Below are positions 62,432 through 64,000 of a stretch of DNA of 64,000 nucleotides, piece after piece (the stretch's first letter is position 1; each line of letters opens with the position of its first letter). Position numbers and translations under genes: made by a program. Below the pieces are notes generated by a model. It worked only from the letters and a program-made list of their open reading frames with translations. It had not been told where the DNA came from and made no database searches. Origin of the DNA: Syntrophales bacterium (lineage in GTDB: Bacteria; Desulfobacterota; Syntrophia; Syntrophales; PHBD01); assembly GCA_963668175.1 (NCBI GenBank), contig OY764159.1, positions 2,400,001 to 2,464,000 on the forward strand, read 5' to 3'.

Positions 62432-63442
62432 ATGAAATATAACAAGATCAGGGAAAGGTCGAAAAACATGGATGGAATCAAGGATCAGCGTGCCCGTCTC
62501 CCCTGGCGGGTGGCGGCGTTCGTTGCACTGCTTCTCCTGGCCGCTTCGGCCGTCTACGCCTTAAGCGCCCGGGCGGATACGGCGCCTGCACAGCAGTCTT
62601 TCGCCTCTCCCGAGGAGGCCATGAACGCCCTGGCGGCGGCGGTAAAGGCGAAAGACCGGGCGGCATTCCCGCGGATATTCGGGCCCGCCGGGAAGGACCT
62701 CCGTTCCGGCGACGAGGTGCAGGACAGGGCCGAGTTCGAGGAGATGGCCCGTCACATGGCTGAAAAGACGAGCATCGCGAAAGAGGGCGACGCCAGGGCC
62801 ATTATCCGCTTCGGCAAGGAAGACTGGCCCTTTCCCATCCCCATCGTCCGGAAGGAGAAAGGATGGTACTTCGACACGGCGGCCGGCAAGGAGGAGATCC
62901 TGAACCGCCGCATCGGCGAGAACGAACTGACGGCCATCCTGGTCTGCCGCGCTTACGTGAAGGCGCAGCGCGAATACGTCCTCAAGGACTGGGACGGCGA
63001 CGAGATTCTCGCCTACGCGCAGAAACTGCGGAGCGACAAGGGGAAGCGCAACGGCCTCTTCTGGCGGAGCAAGCCGGGCGAGGAAGTGAGCCCCCTGGGC
63101 GAACTCGTCGCGAAGGCCTGGCACGAAGGCTACCAGAAGAAAAAGGCCGCCTTCCGCGAGGAGGAGCCGTCGCCCTTCCACGGCTACTATTTCAGGATAC
63201 TCACCCGGCAGGGAAAGAACGCACCGGGCGGGAAGTACGACTATATCGCGAACGGAAACATGGTCGGGGGCTTTGCGCTGGTGGCCTACCCGTCGAACTG
63301 GGGGAAGTCCGGCGTCATGACCTTCGTCGTCAACCAGCAGGGAAAGGTCTTCGAGAAGAACCTGGGGCCCGACACGGCCAAAATAGCCCAACGGATGAAA
63401 CGCTACAACCCGGACGCCACGTGGACGCCGTCGAAGGATTGA
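62432..63442 (+). CDS. DUF2950 exported protein
   Basis: WPFPIPIV, RRIGENE, PFHGYYFRIL, GFALVAYP, SGVMTF. Typical DUF3300 partner; start may be 62468. Confidence 0.9.
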   Translation: MKYNKIRERSKNMDGIKDQRARLPWRVAAFVALLLLAASAVYALSARADTAPAQQSFASPEEAMNALAAAVKAKDRAAFPRIFGPAGKDLRSGDEVQDRAEFEEMARHMAEKTSIAKEGDARAIIRFGKEDWPFPIPIVRKEKGWYFDTAAGKEEILNRRIGENELTAILVCRAYVKAQREYVLKDWDGDEILAYAQKLRSDKGKRNGLFWRSKPGEEVSPLGELVAKAWHEGYQKKKAAFREEEPSPFHGYYFRILTRQGKNAPGGKYDYIANGNMVGGFALVAYPSNWGKSGVMTFVVNQQGKVFEKNLGPDTAKIAQRMKRYNPDATWTPSKD

Positions 63443-63587
63443 TCGTTGTCGGAAACGGAAAAAAGTAGTTACGGAAAGGAAAATCTCGCCGGTATTTCCG
63501 GCTGCCGACGGTGCAAACAGATCGGGTATCGGTCGCGGCGGCCCGCGATCGGGGGTGTTTATTACAAAGTGATATGTCTGTTGGTGC

Positions 63588-63734
63588 TTACGAGGCCTTC
63601 TGCAGCCTGAGCCTGGCGATCTTCAGGGCCAGGTTCACGGCCTGCCGCTCTTCCTCCAAAACGGCGGCGATATTGGGCTCCTTGTCTTCCTTCTTGAGCC
63701 GGTTCAGGAATGTCAAAACTTTGCCTTCGTCCAT
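63588..63734 (-). CDS. 48-aa small hypothetical protein
   Basis: MDEGKVLTFLNRLKKEDKEPNIAAVLEEERQAVNLALKIARLRLQKAS*, GGGAG RBS, upstream TTGACA-N18-TAGTAT at 63833-63862. Confidence 0.6.
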   Translation of the reverse strand: MDEGKVLTFLNRLKKEDKEPNIAAVLEEERQAVNLALKIARLRLQKAS

Positions 63735-64000
63735 CGTTCAACTCCCGCGTGAAAATACTGCTTTTGAAATGCGATAATCGTTAAGCCGACTTTGAACCCC
63801 GATGCACAGTCAAACACTCTTTATGCAATGTCATACTACTGTTTTTGGGATAGATTTGTCAAGGGATTATTCCGGGAAATTTTTGACGGACCGGCGGGCA
63901 TGACTAGTAGAAGGACGACAGCGGCGGTTAATTCAGGCGTGGACAATTCACATGCAAATCATTATTCCTAATATTTGTTTGATATCCATGATTATAACTT

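Overview
GC-rich (roughly 60-65% by eye) bacterial chromosomal window. The gene repertoire suggests an anaerobic Desulfobacterota/Syntrophales-type organism (inference). Contents: ion homeostasis (Kef-type CPA2 antiporter, MscS, kdpFABC-kdpDE plus an extra small membrane peptide, SatP); signalling (three cytoplasmic multi-PAS hybrid kinases, a Cache kinase, a PAS protein with a Cys-rich tail, two MCPs); three PEP-CTERM proteins with sigma-54 promoters; an intact IS2-group IS3 element with a 5-bp TSD; exported caspase-fold proteases (TPR-CHAT, peptidase C14 plus DUF4384-like partner); a flavocytochrome flavin subunit; a tri-heme cytochrome; a QueG-like protein; DegP; and DUF3300/DUF2950. The most unusual signals are: (1) a ~170-nt multi-branched structured RNA candidate with its own sigma-70 promoter upstream of mscS; (2) a eukaryote-like kinase (PH-like domain, Pro-rich linker, Ser/Thr kinase) behind a sigma-28-like promoter; (3) a low-GC islet encoding a DEDDh exonuclease, an HNH protein and a wHTH-NDT/TIR-like protein (candidate defence module); (4) a shared sigma-54-like promoter and GTCCG-N6-CGGAC enhancer in front of four PAS sensors. 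No rRNA, tRNA or CRISPR array was seen. All calls are by-eye motif recognition; no database searches were run.
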